From NCBI GenBank assembly GCA_020348985.1, contig CP070761.1, positions 2,245,050 to 2,283,849 on the forward strand: a stretch of 38,800 nucleotides of DNA, written 5' to 3'. The position numbers and the translations under genes are program-made. The notes below the pieces were generated by a model. That model did no database searches. It was not told where the DNA came from and saw only the letters and a program-made list of their open reading frames with translations. The DNA is from Candidatus Thorarchaeota archaeon. Its GTDB lineage: Archaea > Asgardarchaeota > Thorarchaeia > Thorarchaeales > Thorarchaeaceae. Below are positions 37,103 through 38,800 of this stretch, piece by piece. Numbering within the stretch: the first letter of the stretch is position 1; the number at the start of each line of letters is the position of its first letter.

Positions 37103-38704
37103 TTACTCCTCCTCAACCCCAAGATCAAGAAGTGGAATGACCCAATTAGTGAAGACTAGAATTGCTCCAATCGCCCAGATGCTTGCCAGATTGAAATGCC
37201 AAATGGCCAATGTAAGTGACGAGACACCAAGGGCAAAAAACAGTCCCAAGATTACCACCACAAAGATCGCATCTACTACCAAAAAAGGTCTCAGGGGATA
37301 GCCGCCTCTCTTTCTGTAGATTGGAATGAAGATGGCAAGGCCCAGAAGTATCGCTATACTTGCAATCTCCTCCACCTTGATGTTGGCAAAACCAAATGTT
37401 TCAGAGGTCTCTGCCGACTCACCTTCTTCTGTGACTACTTCCACTGTAATCTCGTGTTCCCATTTGGAGTAGAGGTTCGTGTCAAAGGAGAACTCATAAT
37501 CACCTGATGTAATGTCCACTAAAACGCCTGTAAGAAGTGGAACCTCCTCTCCGTCCACATAGACTGTGACGTTTACTTGCTCCCACTCAGTTTCGATGTG
37601 AACGGTGAATGTAGTGTATCCTACGACAATGTCCCCACCGGGAGATGTGAAGTGTATCGTTGGCACTCCGAAATTGTCGATAGTAAGAATCAGCTCACTC
37701 ACCCAGAAGTGCCCAAAAGCATCGTATGCTCTAAACGTGAAGTTGTGTTCTCCCTCTGTATAGCGACTAGTATCCAGCGCAAAAGATGCAAGCCCTTGAT
37801 TGAGCGTTATGTTGACTACGTCGCTAGCCAATTCACCATCCACATATGCACTAAAGGTAACATTGTCATACGGAGTGAAGATTCTGACGTTGAATGTCTG
37901 ATTTCCTTCGATTCGCGCGTAGCTCGACAATCCGGTTATCGCGAATCGCACGTGATCAAGGAAGAAGACCTGTCGAGTAGCGTCATCCTGAAGCCCTTCC
38001 TCTGTCCAGACTACCACTCCAATCAAGTGCTGTCCATTGTCGTACCTACTGCAGTTGATAGTATGATTATCAGCAATCGCAGGCACAAGAGTGCCGTTGA
38101 ACTCTTCAGTGATTTCGCCATCGACTGTAACGTTGAGATAGACTTCGGGGTAGTCTGACGTGATGTTGAGATAGATGTCCGAAGGCCCCGTCATCGTGTC
38201 ATCTACTTGGGGGGCAAGAAACACGACGGAAGGCGGACCGTGGTTATTGATAACGAACACCAGGGTGTATGTTTCGAAGTCTGGCACTCCAGTTGAATTG
38301 TCCTCCAGCAGGAGGGTGAAGTTGAGACTACCTTCAGCTAGTCCAGTAGTGTCGATCGTGATGTTCTGTGTGACGGTAGTGTTGGCGAGAATTGGACCAA
38401 AGTTTGTCCTGTTGTAGTCTTGATATATTTCCCCGTCAATGAAGACTGTAAGATTCAGAAGACCATTAATCGAGGTAACATTGAGTGTCATATTGAATGT
38501 CCCAGAAACCTCACTCACGTTTGCAGGCGTAAGAAGGACCACAGTGATATTCTCTGAGTCAAAGCCCGCCGTGAGTCGAGCGTCCACTGATTCCGATGCA
38601 CGAGTTAGCTCTGTTCCTGAATCTTGAGCGATCGGTTGCACGGGCAGCGCACCTATTACCATAACTGAAACCATAAGGAGTAGTAGAAGTCTGGTCTTCT
38701 TCAT
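37103..38704 (-). CDS. Cell-surface glycoprotein with about 4 Ig-like repeats and C-terminal 3-TM anchor
   Basis: Signal peptide MKKTRLLLLL...; repeats with the pattern P...G...VxVDGE...DT..Y..G.H; 20 N-x-S/T sequons counted; three C-terminal hydrophobic helices. Confidence 0.85.
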   Translation of the reverse strand: MKKTRLLLLLMVSVMVIGALPVQPIAQDSGTELTRASESVDARLTAGFDSENITVVLLTPANVSEVSGTFNMTLNVTSINGLLNLTVFIDGEIYQDYNRTNFGPILANTTVTQNITIDTTGLAEGSLNFTLLLEDNSTGVPDFETYTLVFVINNHGPPSVVFLAPQVDDTMTGPSDIYLNITSDYPEVYLNVTVDGEITEEFNGTLVPAIADNHTINCSRYDNGQHLIGVVVWTEEGLQDDATRQVFFLDHVRFAITGLSSYARIEGNQTFNVRIFTPYDNVTFSAYVDGELASDVVNITLNQGLASFALDTSRYTEGEHNFTFRAYDAFGHFWVSELILTIDNFGVPTIHFTSPGGDIVVGYTTFTVHIETEWEQVNVTVYVDGEEVPLLTGVLVDITSGDYEFSFDTNLYSKWEHEITVEVVTEEGESAETSETFGFANIKVEEIASIAILLGLAIFIPIYRKRGGYPLRPFLVVDAIFVVVILGLFFALGVSSLTLAIWHFNLASIWAIGAILVFTNWVIPLLDLGVEEE

Positions 38705-38800
38705 TGTCGAATCTTCCTGATATCAAGTGAACTAGTTATGGGTTGCCGGCCTGAGGAATTGGCCCGCTTTTAAGGCTAGCGCCAGTTACATGGCTGTACA

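Overview
Gene-dense archaeal chromosomal window with about 33 CDS, roughly 50% GC by eye, frequent TTG/GTG starts and abutting convergent stop codons. The content points to an Asgard archaeon, most likely Thorarchaeia (inference): a gelsolin-domain protein, two roadblock/LC7 proteins, two longin+winged-helix proteins, split Alg14/Alg13, TopoVI, and a Cdc48 next to an archaeal sHSP. No rRNA, tRNA, CRISPR array or intact mobile element was seen. Leading candidates for undescribed biology: (1) a tandem longin-wHTH-wHTH paralog pair resembling the GATOR1 NPRL2/NPRL3 heterodimer, converging on a roadblock + NifB-like unit; (2) a TopoVI operon whose A subunit has a DxD-to-DxS TOPRIM change, followed by a coiled-coil-wHTH protein and a PD-(D/E)XK nuclease; (3) an ERAD-like cluster (AN1-zinc-finger intramembrane protease, sHSP, Cdc48, cytosolic GH38 mannosidase) with a structured, uORF-containing leader; (4) a SNAP/TPR-solenoid + Ig + coiled-coil protein; (5) tandem palindromic boxes between thiR and the thiamine ABC operon. 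All family assignments come from reading motifs by eye; no database search was run.
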